A stretch of DNA of 46,807 bases from Candidatus Heimdallarchaeota archaeon. Lineage in GTDB: Archaea; Asgardarchaeota; Heimdallarchaeia; Heimdallarchaeales; Heimdallarchaeaceae. Location of the stretch: contig JABCTC010000027.1 of the NCBI GenBank assembly GCA_018238545.1, forward strand, positions 1-46,807, given 5' to 3'. The notes beneath the pieces are model-generated. The model did not search any database, was not told where the DNA came from, and saw only the letters and a program-made list of their open reading frames with translations. Of this stretch, positions 9,355 through 20,075 are shown piece after piece. The translations under genes were made by a program, and so were the position numbers. How positions within the stretch are numbered: the stretch's first letter is position 1; the number at the start of each line of letters is the position of its first letter.

Positions 9355-10605
9355 ATGGTCTCCAAGTATATTAAAATAGGCTTGTCAGTTATTCTTATAC
9401 TTGGGGTATTAGGACCCATTATTTTTTTCAGCTTTTATAAAAATCCTAACAGAGAAATTGAGATAGATTTATGGTATACTTACGAAGGTGGAGATGTAAT
9501 AGATTCCAAAATAGCAGCTTTTATGGAGGATAACCCTAATATTCAAATCAACTTCGTAGAACAACCTTCATCAGGTTGGCTTGATAAATTCATCAGTGTA
9601 GCGCAAACTGGTGAAGCTCCAGATATTTTTTTAGGAAAAGGTTCTTGGTTTGGTGAGCTAGCCCAGCTAGGGTACATTCACCCTTTAACGAATTTTATAA
9701 CACCAGAAATAGAAGCTAAGTTTTTTCCCTCGGCAATTAGTAGTTTGGGATATAAAGGAGATTATTGGGGTTTACCTATGTGGTATGATTCTATCCTTTT
9801 GTTCTATAATAAGGATTTATTTGATGCTCAAAACGTAAGTTATCCACTTGCAAATTGGACTGACATTGAACTTTTAGATGCAGCTACCACATTAACAGAT
9901 CGTTCAGTGAATCAAATTTATGGTTTGGTATGGGCCACTCTATCTCCTTATATGTGGCCAGCTTTTCAACATGGTTTTGGTCATGGACCCCTCTATCAGA
10001 ATGAGACAATAATTGTTAATGACACTGCTTCTTATAATGCAATGGACTTCATTTATGATTTGAAGTATAACTCTAGACTTGTGGAATATGATGAAACTAG
10101 TGGTTCCGCTACTCAAGCTTTTATTACTAACAAAGGGGCTATGCTTATTTACGGAGGCTGGTATATACCTATGCTTGAAGAATTGGGAGTCAATTATGGC
10201 GTTCAGATTTTACCCTCAATTTCATCTACAGGAGAGAGAATTACACCAATGGTTGAAATCAAAGGATGGGGAATTTCAAAAGATACAGAACATGTCGATA
10301 CTTGTTATGAAATTATCAGTTTCTTATCTTCGAAAGAGGTTCAAGAAGAAATGGTTAAGGAAGAATTTAAGGTTCCTACTTTAGTTGAATTGTTGAGTTT
10401 ACCAATTGTGAAAAATGATCCAAGAATAATGATACAACTAGAACAAATTAAATTCAGTCAACTTCATCCTTTAGATCCTATCTACAACGTCTATTCAGAT
10501 TATATGAGAGCAGCTTTACAGTTCATTTTACTTGATCACTTAGATATTCAAACTACTCTTGATAACGCTCAAGCAGGTATAAATTCAAACAAGGGGGTAT
10601 CTTAA
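9355..10605 (+). CDS. Carbohydrate ABC transporter substrate-binding protein (MalE-like, CUT1)
   Basis: N-terminal TM anchor, GEAPDIF, YWGLPMWYDSILLFYNKDLF, FITNKGAMLIYGGW. Confidence 0.9.
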   Translation: MVSKYIKIGLSVILILGVLGPIIFFSFYKNPNREIEIDLWYTYEGGDVIDSKIAAFMEDNPNIQINFVEQPSSGWLDKFISVAQTGEAPDIFLGKGSWFGELAQLGYIHPLTNFITPEIEAKFFPSAISSLGYKGDYWGLPMWYDSILLFYNKDLFDAQNVSYPLANWTDIELLDAATTLTDRSVNQIYGLVWATLSPYMWPAFQHGFGHGPLYQNETIIVNDTASYNAMDFIYDLKYNSRLVEYDETSGSATQAFITNKGAMLIYGGWYIPMLEELGVNYGVQILPSISSTGERITPMVEIKGWGISKDTEHVDTCYEIISFLSSKEVQEEMVKEEFKVPTLVELLSLPIVKNDPRIMIQLEQIKFSQLHPLDPIYNVYSDYMRAALQFILLDHLDIQTTLDNAQAGINSNKGVS

Positions 10606-10606
10606 C

Positions 10607-13600
10607 ATGTGGGGGAAGAAAAGAAAAATTACTTTCATAATTTCTGTATTTTTAATCTTGATTACCCTCTGCTTAATTATAAGTGAAAATGAACAAATGA
10701 AAATTGGTTTATCAACAGCTCAAGAAACTAATAGTCATATTGTTGAAATCGGAGATCGCTTTGTAATTTTAAATTGGACCATTCCAGAAAATTACTCGTT
10801 TAGTGGTTTTCGGATAGAAATTTATGACAGTTCTCTAAATCTTTCTCATACCTGGTCAATTATACAAATTAATCAAACTGCAACTCCAAATTATTTTGAT
10901 CAAGTAAACCTTGTAAACTACACTGATTCAAATGGTGATATCCTAACCTCACAGAAGGAAATTTCACTTAATTTTACCTATTTCATCGTTCCCACTAGCA
11001 CAAATTCAATCCAAGTTAAGGTAAATGGTTTGAAAACAATTAATCCCTACCAGATACAAATATACTCCACAAATTCAACACTTGTTCCAAATAATGAGCT
11101 TAGTATATTGCTTGTAGAAGAGGAGGAATCTTTCTGGATAACAGAGGAGTTTTCCACACTCCAAAGTATAGATGAAGCACTAAAATATTCCAGGACTGCA
11201 ACGACGATAACCATCCTAGCAATTATTCTGGTTTTCATTGTTATTTTTGTAATCATAGCAAAGATAGATGTTCCTTTCAATAGAGTTGCGTATGTTTTTA
11301 TCTTTCCAGCCCTTTTTGCTCTTGTTTTGCTAGAAGTATATCCGATGTTATATGGTATTGTGTTATCCTTTACATCCTACAACCTTAGAAGAGGAGAGAT
11401 TCCGCAATTTAATTGGCTGGAAAATTATATCCATATTTCAAATAATCCTCAATTACCAATTGCATTTACGACAACTTTGGTTTGGAGTACAATCATTATA
11501 TTTTTGAAGATAGTACTAGGCTTTGTATTAGCATATATCATTCATTACAAAGTTAAACGAAAGAAAGCGTGGTATCTCCTTCTCTACCTTCCTTGGGTTA
11601 TTCCTACCTATATCAAGATTTTATCTTGGAGAACTTTCATACAGGGGAGTGGAGGAGAATCATTATTCAACATGTTATTTGGCACAAATGTGAATCTCAT
11701 AAATCAGCCATATGTTGCCCTTCTTCTAGCTTGTTTTGTTGAAGTTTGGGATTCTATCCCCCTTATAACAACGTTGTTTCTTGGGGGTCTAAGTAGCATT
11801 CCTAAAGAACTGAATGATATTGCCAAAGTTGATCAGGTATCTGAAAGGGCAAGTATTAGAAAGATAATTATTCCCCTCATAAAGCCGATAATTTTACCAG
11901 TCATAATTCTGGAGATTATCAAAACTTTCGGAAGTTTCAATGTAGCATTTCTTTTTACGAGCGGCTATCCTTTATTGCCTTATGGTATGAATGAAGCGGG
12001 AATTATTGGAGCAACGGATCTTTTCAGTACTTTCACATTTTACATGTTTTACCAGAGGAGAGACGTAGGAATAGCTGCAGCTTATTCAACTATTATGAGT
12101 ATTCTCACCCTATTTTTCGTTTTGGTATGGATAAAAATGTCAAAAGGAACTGAAAGTTCTTTTCAACCATCAGATACAAAGAAGAAGAAAAACTACAAAG
12201 TTATCATTCCAATTTTTCTTGTAGCTCAAGCAATAGGATACATAGTTTCAGGTGTTATAGGATTTAGATACTTTGGATACCACTGGAATCCAGTTCTCAC
12301 CTACGTAATGGCAACATTCTTTGCTATAGCTGGTGGAATATTTATCTGGAAACCAAATCAAAGCTCAAAGGGACTTAAATTGTTACTAGCCATGGATTTG
12401 ATTTTCTCTTTAACTCAATTCTTCTTGTTCCAGATGTGGTTTGCTTTTAACTGGAACATTTTCATAATTGCAGTAGAATTTTTCATTATTGCTAGTATCC
12501 CACATAAGAAAATCAAGCCTCATTTTGCTCTTAAAAGATTACAGCAATTAGTTCAGGATTCGAGGAAACTAGTAACAAAGACCTTTCAATGGGTAGATAC
12601 AAAATTAACAGACATAAATTTTATCCATCTCATTTTGGTTGTTCAAGCTTCCATTTTTCTCATTTCTAACCTTACTCTAAGTTCAAGTTCTTGGTTAATG
12701 TGGAGCATATTTGGATTAAATATATTAATCATAATTTCTTCTATTTTCTCACAAATTATAACTAAATTTACTGTCCTTTTCCAACCCTTAGTTTGGATAG
12801 GTTTGGGTTTTGGATGGGGACCAATAGGTTGGAAAATCATCCATGCTATAGTTTCAATTGTATTTATAATCAATTATCTTCAAAAACTGCTAAACAAACC
12901 AAAGAAGAACGAATTCGAAAGAAAGATTTATTCTATTTTATCTTTACCTGTAAATAGTTCTGTGGTTTTGTTATCTATTTCCTTAATAGCATTTATTCCT
13001 ATATGGAACATATTTTGGATAGCATTCTCACCTTCAAACACTGTTGTACCAACAAGTATTTTCCCTAGCAATCCGACACTTAACAATTTTGAATTATTAT
13101 TTACACAAGAAAATATACTATTACACTTTGGGAATTCACTATTAGTTTCCTTGGGAGCTGCAACGTTCTGTATATTGCTAACAGTTTTAGCAGCTTATGC
13201 ATTTTCTAGATACACATTCAGAGTAAAGAAGCAGTTAATGGTGGGTGTTTTTGTTATGAAAATGTTTACAGGAATATTGACATTGATTCCTTTATATCTT
13301 ATCATGTTCAATTTAGGTTTGATTGATACATATATCGGTGTCATTTTAGCATATAGCACGCATACAATACCTCTAGGATTATGGTTAATTAAAGGATACA
13401 TGGATTCAATTCCAAAAGAGTTGGATGAATCAGCTCTATTAATGGGAAATTCACCGCTAAGGGTTTTAAGAAAAATTGTGTTTCCTTTGGCAGCACCAGC
13501 GATTGCAGTAGCTTTCTTGCTTAGTTTCCTTACAGCTTGGAATGGTTTTCTATTAGCATTTGTTCTGTTGCAATCACCCCTAAGGTATACATTACCAATA

Positions 13601-13765
13601 AAGTTGTATACCTTTTTAGGGTCTATTGAGACAAGTTCGCCTGAATGGGGCATGTTTGCTGCGGCTTCATTATTGGTGATGATACCAATGATAATTATGT
13701 TTATTTTTCTAAGAAATTACCTGCTTAAAGGTGCAGATGGTTCTATACGTGGAGGAGATGTATAA
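10607..13765 (+). CDS. Fused carbohydrate ABC permease (MalF-like + MalG-like) with extra extracellular and TM domains
   Basis: Two permease cores with EAA-type loops SIPKELNDIAKVDQ and SIPKELDESALLMG. Lies between the SBP and ATPase genes with 1-nt and 0-nt gaps. Confidence 0.88.
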   Translation: MWGKKRKITFIISVFLILITLCLIISENEQMKIGLSTAQETNSHIVEIGDRFVILNWTIPENYSFSGFRIEIYDSSLNLSHTWSIIQINQTATPNYFDQVNLVNYTDSNGDILTSQKEISLNFTYFIVPTSTNSIQVKVNGLKTINPYQIQIYSTNSTLVPNNELSILLVEEEESFWITEEFSTLQSIDEALKYSRTATTITILAIILVFIVIFVIIAKIDVPFNRVAYVFIFPALFALVLLEVYPMLYGIVLSFTSYNLRRGEIPQFNWLENYIHISNNPQLPIAFTTTLVWSTIIIFLKIVLGFVLAYIIHYKVKRKKAWYLLLYLPWVIPTYIKILSWRTFIQGSGGESLFNMLFGTNVNLINQPYVALLLACFVEVWDSIPLITTLFLGGLSSIPKELNDIAKVDQVSERASIRKIIIPLIKPIILPVIILEIIKTFGSFNVAFLFTSGYPLLPYGMNEAGIIGATDLFSTFTFYMFYQRRDVGIAAAYSTIMSILTLFFVLVWIKMSKGTESSFQPSDTKKKKNYKVIIPIFLVAQAIGYIVSGVIGFRYFGYHWNPVLTYVMATFFAIAGGIFIWKPNQSSKGLKLLLAMDLIFSLTQFFLFQMWFAFNWNIFIIAVEFFIIASIPHKKIKPHFALKRLQQLVQDSRKLVTKTFQWVDTKLTDINFIHLILVVQASIFLISNLTLSSSSWLMWSIFGLNILIIISSIFSQIITKFTVLFQPLVWIGLGFGWGPIGWKIIHAIVSIVFIINYLQKLLNKPKKNEFERKIYSILSLPVNSSVVLLSISLIAFIPIWNIFWIAFSPSNTVVPTSIFPSNPTLNNFELLFTQENILLHFGNSLLVSLGAATFCILLTVLAAYAFSRYTFRVKKQLMVGVFVMKMFTGILTLIPLYLIMFNLGLIDTYIGVILAYSTHTIPLGLWLIKGYMDSIPKELDESALLMGNSPLRVLRKIVFPLAAPAIAVAFLLSFLTAWNGFLLAFVLLQSPLRYTLPIKLYTFLGSIETSSPEWGMFAAASLLVMIPMIIMFIFLRNYLLKGADGSIRGGDV

Positions 13766-14878
13766 GTGAATATCGAAATTAAAAAACTAACAAAAAATTA
13801 TGGAAAAAAGATTGCTCTTAAAGATGCAAGTTTGGTATTTCCAAAAGGGAAAATTACAATTATTTTAGGACCTTCAGGAAGTGGAAAAACAACAATGTTG
13901 CGGTTAATTGCAGGACTATTATATCCAACTTCAGGAGAGGTTCTGTTTGATGACACAAATGTTTCGAATAGACCAGCTAATAAGAGAAATGTAGCAATGG
14001 CTTTCCAAAATTACCCGTTGTTCCCACATATGACGGTTGTAGAAAATCTGAGATTTCCTTTGGAAAGTAAAAAGGAGGGTAAATTGTTCAAGTTCAATGT
14101 TTACTCAGAAGAAGAAATAGAAAAAAAAGTTAACGAGATCTCTTCTCTATTGCACATAGAAGAACACAAAGATAAATATCCTTCACAACTTTCTGGTGGT
14201 GAAAAGCAGAGGGTTGCCATAGGGAGAGAGCTTATTCGTGATCCTGATGTTTTTCTTTTTGATGAACCTCTTAGTAACATCGATGCAAGATTACGATATG
14301 AAATGAGAATGTGGATTAGAAAACTGCACGAGCTACTTAACAAAACTATGATTTATGTTACCCATGATCAATCCGAGGCTATGGCCCTAGGAGACATGAT
14401 AGTACTTCTAGATGATGGAAAGATAGCACAAGTAGGATCACCAGATGAACTATATTATGACCCTAGTTCTAAGTTTGTAGCACAATTCATTGGAAATTAC
14501 CCAATGAACTTCCTTTCATTCACAGTTGAAAAAAATAAATGCAAACTTACAGCAGATAAGAAAAATAGCCTACCTGAAAAGGCATCAAAATTCATCCTTA
14601 GCAAAGGCATTAAAAAAGGCACTCTTGGCTTCAGAGCAGAAACAATTAGAGAATTCGATCATAAGAAACCAATCGACAAAGATATGTTCAAACTTGAGTG
14701 TAATGTTGAGGATGTAGAAAAGGTGCTAGATCAACAAATCTTAACTTTAAACTATCGAGGAGAGCAGATATTCTATGTCACAAAAACAAAAAAGAGGTTC
14801 TCTAAGAAAGATTCAATATCTGTAATTGTGTACTCTGATGATATTTACATATTTGATGAAAAATATGAACGAGTTTAA
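13766..14878 (+). CDS. Carbohydrate ABC transporter ATP-binding protein (MalK/UgpC-like)
   Basis: GPSGSGKTT, LSGGEKQRVA, FLFDEPLSNID, YVTHDQSEAM, C-terminal TOBE-like region. GGAGGA upstream. Confidence 0.93.
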   Translation: MNIEIKKLTKNYGKKIALKDASLVFPKGKITIILGPSGSGKTTMLRLIAGLLYPTSGEVLFDDTNVSNRPANKRNVAMAFQNYPLFPHMTVVENLRFPLESKKEGKLFKFNVYSEEEIEKKVNEISSLLHIEEHKDKYPSQLSGGEKQRVAIGRELIRDPDVFLFDEPLSNIDARLRYEMRMWIRKLHELLNKTMIYVTHDQSEAMALGDMIVLLDDGKIAQVGSPDELYYDPSSKFVAQFIGNYPMNFLSFTVEKNKCKLTADKKNSLPEKASKFILSKGIKKGTLGFRAETIREFDHKKPIDKDMFKLECNVEDVEKVLDQQILTLNYRGEQIFYVTKTKKRFSKKDSISVIVYSDDIYIFDEKYERV

Positions 14879-15050
14879 TGAGAATTCGTTTTGGCAGGTA
14901 ATTTCTAGCTAGGACTATGGCAATCTTATTATTTGAAAAAACAATTTGTTTAGTTAGGAACTATATTTGTCATATTTGCTTTAGACAATCCAAAAGCACG
15001 TAAAACAGAGTTTCTGGGTTCAAACTGCTGTATAAGTAAAGAGTGGTAAC

Positions 15051-18000
15051 ATGATAAGTGATGAAATGAGAGATTTATTTGATCACATTAACGAAGGTGT
15101 TACTTTAGTCAAGGAAGGTAAAATAGTTTATGTTAACAAAAAATTAACAGAAATTCTAGGCTATACTTTGGAAGAATTAATGGAAGAGTCCATTTTTCTG
15201 TTTGCTTCTACAGAGAACCATGAGAACATAGAAGATAAGGTCGAAGAAAAGAAAATAAGCAGCACTCCTTTGAAACTCTTGGAATTCTGGGTCATTGGGA
15301 AAGATGGGAAAAGAAAGTATATTAGAAATCAATATCACGATATAGAAAAAGAGGGAGAAAGAGTAGGCCAGATAATATATACTCAAGATATTTCTGAAGA
15401 GAAACAAAAAGAGACATTAATTCTCGCTTCAGAATTTAAAAAATCGAGATTTCTAGACTTTCTTTCTGAACACGTTATATTCCACGATGTTAATCTAAAT
15501 ATATTATGGGCTAACAAAGCTGCAACAGACTCTTTAAACATCAGCACGAATAATATTGTAGGTAAAAATTGCTACAGATTATGGCACGGTAGAGAAACAC
15601 CGTGTGATATATGTCCTGTATTAGTTGCAAAAGAAACTGGAAAAGAAAGCAGTTCTGAGGTTACAACTCCCGATGGTAGAGTATGGCATATTAGAGGTTT
15701 TCCAGTATATGGTGATGAAGGTACATTAATTGGGATGGCAGAATTAACTAGAGAAATTACAGAGCGTAAAGAAGCTGAAACCGAATTAATGGAAAACGAA
15801 GAGAGATACAGACATATTTTCCATGGTGTTGTAGATGCAATTTTTATTCATGAGATTGATGATGATGGAAATTTCGGAAAGTTCATAGAAGTGAATGATT
15901 TAGCATGTCAGTGGACAGGTTACTCGCGGGAGGAATTGATGAATAAAACTTCAAGAGATATAAGTCGTAGAGATCCTTTAGAGATTGAGAAAAACATTTC
16001 TAAAGAGCTAATTTCTTCTGGAGAAGCATCATTTGAGATGTCTTTAATTTCGAAGAGTAATAAATTAATACCTGTAGAGATACACTCCACATTATTCAAT
16101 TTAAAGGGAGAAAAAGCTGTTTTATCTATTGCCAGAGACATTACTGAACGCAGGAAAGCAGAAGAGAAGTTAAAAGATAATGAAGAAAAATTCCGTCAGA
16201 TTTTTCACAAAACAAACGACGCCATATTTCTAGCAAAATTTGAAGAAGATGAGAACACAAGCCAATTCATAGAAGTAAACGATGTAGCTTGTGAGTGGCT
16301 TGGTTATACAAGAGATGAATTGCTTAACCTGAAATCAATTGACATAACAGCTAAAGTCTCTACATCTCAACATCTCGGAATTCTTCGTAATATTCTAAGA
16401 AAAGAGACTCATAGTTATGATTCTATTGTTCTAACCAAGGATGGAACAGAACGGCTAGCTGAAATGGAATCACATATTTTTTACTTAAAGGATGAAAAGT
16501 TAGTACTTACTTTTGCCAGAGACATAACGGATAGGAAAGAAGCTGAAGAAGAACTACAAGAAAGTGAAGAAAAATTCAGGCAAATATTCCATAATGCACA
16601 AGATGCAATGTTCATAAACAAAATTGAAAATGGTACCAAACTTGGTGCTTTTATTGAAATTAATAATACTGCTTGTCAGTGGATAGGCTATTCTAGAGGG
16701 GAATTATTAGGTTTAACTAGTTACGAAGAAGAAGATAAAACAATAGAAAATTTCTTTTCTTTCCATCTAGATGAGGAAATATTAAGTTCTGGGAAACAGA
16801 CATTTGAAACAGTTATTATTAGTAGAACTAAAAAACAGATTCCAGTTGAGGTAAGATCTCACTTGTTTGACCTTGCTGACGAACAAGTTATCTTATCCAT
16901 CGCAAGTGATATCACAGATAGGAAGAAGGCAGAAGAGATAATTAAAGAGAGCGAGGAAAAATACAGAACGCTAATTGAAACATCATCCAATGCAATCATT
17001 CTTCTTAATCTCGATGGAAAACTTCAGTATGTCAATAAACTATCTGCTACTATGTTTGGTTACAAAACCACAGAAGATATGCTGGGTTTAACACCCATAG
17101 ATTTCGTTTCCCGTAAGGATTATGAGATAGCATCAAATTCACTAAACGAAACAATAAAAATAGGTAGTGTTAGAAACGTAGTGTTTTATGCAATTAAAAA
17201 GGATGGAGCAAGTTTTCCAGTAGAATTTAGTGCTACATTGTTACTCGACAAGAATGATAAACCCAGATCAATTATGGGCATTATTGAAGACATTACAGAC
17301 AGAAAGAAAGCTGTAGATGCACTTAAAGAAAATGAAGAGAAATTCAGACAAACTTTTGACCGATCAAACGATGGTATTATTCTTCATACACTTAAGGGGA
17401 ATATCATTGATGTTAATTATAGGCTTAGAGAACTTGTGGGATATTCAAAATCAGAAATACTACTTCTAACTATTCATCAATTACATCCTGTAACTGAACA
17501 AGAAGATTCCAAAAAAGCATTTGAAATTATACAAAAAGAAGGCTATGTCAAATTTGAGATTAGTTTCAAGAGAAAAGATGGCTCAATATTTCCTGCAGAG
17601 GTTTCATCCAGTCTATTCGAAATTAGAGGAGAGAAAATTGTTCAAGGGGTCATCCGAGACATAACAGAGAGAAAGAATTCTGAAAGAGAGCTTAAGGAAA
17701 GCGAAGAGAAATTTAGACAGATATTCCATAACGCTAACGATTGTATCTTTCTTACTCCGGTTAATAGAAAACTTGGAACTACTACAGAATTTATAGAAAT
17801 CAATGAAATAGCTTGCAAATTATTAAATTATACAAAAGAAGAACTCCTCACTATGAAATCTGTTGATATTACTGCACCAGAAGAAAGAGAAACTAACGCA
17901 GAAATCATTAGAGAAATTATTGCTCAAGGTTCAGGTACTTTTGAGACCAGTTTGATTACTAAAGACGGTATCAGAATACCCACAGAGTTGAGTTCACATC

Positions 18001-18710
18001 TTTTCTTCTTTATGGATGAAGAAGTGATTTTGACTATTGGAAGAGATATTTCAGAGCGTAAAAAAGCTGAACAAGATATCCAAGAAAGTGAAGAAAGGTA
18101 TAGGAAACTTGTAGAAACTTCCCCTGATGGAATTATTCTTACTGATATTGGCAACAACATTTTAGTTGCTAATCTGCAAATTGCGGAGATGTACGGTATA
18201 TCTAACCCCGATGAATTGATTAGTATCAACTCATTAGATATGATTAAAGAAGAAGATAGAGAAAGAGCAGCTGCAAATTTCAAGAAAACCTTGAAAGATG
18301 GAAAATCTGCAACAATAGAACTAGAATTTTTGAAAAAAAATGGGGACAGTTATCCAGGAGAACTAAGAGCTACAACTATATCAGATAAAGAAAACATACC
18401 TTATGCAATTGTATGTATTATCTCTGACATAATAGAAAGAAAGGAAGCAGAAAAGATTCGAACCGAAGCTTTTACTCGAATAGAACAAAATATACAAGAT
18501 TTTGATGCACTGGTAGATAGGATAAGAAATCCATTAATGAGTATCATAGGTTTCGCTGAACTTGCAGATAGTTTTCACTCCACTGTGATCATTGAAGAAG
18601 CAGAAAAAATCGAGGTTATTACTAAGCAGATAGCTGAAAGTTGGCTAGAATCTGAAGAATTCAGGAAGATTCTTAGGAAACATCTTTTAAAGGAAGAGGA
18701 AAAGGAATAA
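15051..18710 (+). CDS. Nine-PAS/PAC sensor protein with degenerate C-terminal HisKA-like helix pair and no HATPase domain
   Basis: Repeated DITERKxAEEELxESEEKFRQIF linkers delimit 9 PAS domains. C-terminus is LVDRIRNPLMSIIGFAEL...SWLESEEFRKILRKH. Confidence 0.88.
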   Translation: MISDEMRDLFDHINEGVTLVKEGKIVYVNKKLTEILGYTLEELMEESIFLFASTENHENIEDKVEEKKISSTPLKLLEFWVIGKDGKRKYIRNQYHDIEKEGERVGQIIYTQDISEEKQKETLILASEFKKSRFLDFLSEHVIFHDVNLNILWANKAATDSLNISTNNIVGKNCYRLWHGRETPCDICPVLVAKETGKESSSEVTTPDGRVWHIRGFPVYGDEGTLIGMAELTREITERKEAETELMENEERYRHIFHGVVDAIFIHEIDDDGNFGKFIEVNDLACQWTGYSREELMNKTSRDISRRDPLEIEKNISKELISSGEASFEMSLISKSNKLIPVEIHSTLFNLKGEKAVLSIARDITERRKAEEKLKDNEEKFRQIFHKTNDAIFLAKFEEDENTSQFIEVNDVACEWLGYTRDELLNLKSIDITAKVSTSQHLGILRNILRKETHSYDSIVLTKDGTERLAEMESHIFYLKDEKLVLTFARDITDRKEAEEELQESEEKFRQIFHNAQDAMFINKIENGTKLGAFIEINNTACQWIGYSRGELLGLTSYEEEDKTIENFFSFHLDEEILSSGKQTFETVIISRTKKQIPVEVRSHLFDLADEQVILSIASDITDRKKAEEIIKESEEKYRTLIETSSNAIILLNLDGKLQYVNKLSATMFGYKTTEDMLGLTPIDFVSRKDYEIASNSLNETIKIGSVRNVVFYAIKKDGASFPVEFSATLLLDKNDKPRSIMGIIEDITDRKKAVDALKENEEKFRQTFDRSNDGIILHTLKGNIIDVNYRLRELVGYSKSEILLLTIHQLHPVTEQEDSKKAFEIIQKEGYVKFEISFKRKDGSIFPAEVSSSLFEIRGEKIVQGVIRDITERKNSERELKESEEKFRQIFHNANDCIFLTPVNRKLGTTTEFIEINEIACKLLNYTKEELLTMKSVDITAPEERETNAEIIREIIAQGSGTFETSLITKDGIRIPTELSSHLFFFMDEEVILTIGRDISERKKAEQDIQESEERYRKLVETSPDGIILTDIGNNILVANLQIAEMYGISNPDELISINSLDMIKEEDRERAAANFKKTLKDGKSATIELEFLKKNGDSYPGELRATTISDKENIPYAIVCIISDIIERKEAEKIRTEAFTRIEQNIQDFDALVDRIRNPLMSIIGFAELADSFHSTVIIEEAEKIEVITKQIAESWLESEEFRKILRKHLLKEEEKE

Positions 18711-18771
18711 TTTCACAGTCAAATGATTCTACTCCATATATTTTATATATGACTTTTTCAATAGTGTCGAT

Positions 18772-19992
18772 ATGAGTTTCATTAAAAAATTCAAAACAAC
18801 TTTCCACATTACTTTCTGGGAAGCATTAATTGCATTAATAGCAATTGCAACATTTTTCATACTTGAATATGTTGTTTTTCATGGAGAGTATCATTTGTGG
18901 TTAATTATTATGGGTTTTGTAGTAGGTATTTGGTTAGCTTTTCGTCCATCAGAGTGGGCGGTTATAGGTTTAAACAGTGGAGCTAAGTATGTCGGTTTAT
19001 CTGAATATGTTGCAGGAATCCTATCAAGTTTAGCTTCAAATCTTCCTGAAGCTGTTATTGCTATAATACTCATCGTCAAGTATAATGATACTTTAACAGC
19101 TGTCGTTACTGTTCTATCTGCTGCAGGTTTTAACACAATTATTCTAGGAATAGCAATTATAATCGCTACAATCAAGAAAAAGGGCTCAATAGCTGTTCCA
19201 GAGGATTTAAAGAAGAAAGAAGCCCCAATAATAAGATGGGCTATAGTTGTCTTAGCAATGACAGTAATATTTGGTTTCAGTCAATATTTCCACATATTGG
19301 AGATTGGCACAGAATCACTTGCTACAGCTGTTTTAACAATACCAATAGCCGCTATGCTTGCAGGCAGTTATGTTTTTTATCTGATATATATCATCGTTGT
19401 GAAGGATAATAACAAAAAAATGTCAATCGAGGATAAAGAGGATATAGAACAAACACTTAGTCCAGTGAAAGAAGAAGTGGAAAATGAAGAAATAGCTCTT
19501 GATCATGGAACTAATGGAAAACTCTCAATTCCGATTACATTGCTTTTCTTAATACTTGGTTTTGTTGGAATCTTTTTTGGTGGACATACATTGACCGAGA
19601 GTGTTCAACAGCTAATTCCAATAACAGAAGGTAGAACAAATTCAGAGATAATTATTTCTGCATTAATATTAGGAGCTTCTGGAGCTGTTCCAGAACACGG
19701 AATAGCTATTATATCAGCTGCAAAAGATGAAATTGAAGTAGGAATAGGGAATGCTATGGGAGGAATCCTGCAATCTTCATTGCTAATATTTGGTATTCTA
19801 GGAGTGATAACAGTTGTAGCTCTACATCCATTTATCCTATTACAATTGTCAGCTATAGCAGCAGTTTTGTGGTTTGTCAAACGGTGCATCCAAGATGGAA
19901 AATTTGACACGTTTGAAGGCATAATGATAATATTACTCCAGGTGATAGTTTTCATAATTCTCTTTGAGGATATAGCTCTCTTTCCTATTTGA
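18772..19992 (+). CDS. Ca2+:cation antiporter (CaCA superfamily)
   Basis: Two hydrophobic halves separated by an acidic loop. Alpha-1 repeat SLASNLPEA, alpha-2 repeat GASGAVPEH, followed by GIGNAMGG. Confidence 0.85.
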   Translation: MSFIKKFKTTFHITFWEALIALIAIATFFILEYVVFHGEYHLWLIIMGFVVGIWLAFRPSEWAVIGLNSGAKYVGLSEYVAGILSSLASNLPEAVIAIILIVKYNDTLTAVVTVLSAAGFNTIILGIAIIIATIKKKGSIAVPEDLKKKEAPIIRWAIVVLAMTVIFGFSQYFHILEIGTESLATAVLTIPIAAMLAGSYVFYLIYIIVVKDNNKKMSIEDKEDIEQTLSPVKEEVENEEIALDHGTNGKLSIPITLLFLILGFVGIFFGGHTLTESVQQLIPITEGRTNSEIIISALILGASGAVPEHGIAIISAAKDEIEVGIGNAMGGILQSSLLIFGILGVITVVALHPFILLQLSAIAAVLWFVKRCIQDGKFDTFEGIMIILLQVIVFIILFEDIALFPI

Positions 19993-20075
19993 GCATCATT
20001 TTTTTTTTATCATGATACAGAAAGTTATCACTTTCTGTTTTCTGGGTTTTTATATCCAAACTAGTCAACTATATC

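Noticed and set aside
15700-18500. Recurrent ~60-nt similar segments as a CRISPR or DNA repeat array
   Set aside because: They are the coding PAC-to-PAS linkers (DITERK..EEKFRQIF), degenerate at third codon positions and spaced ~370-390 nt apart.
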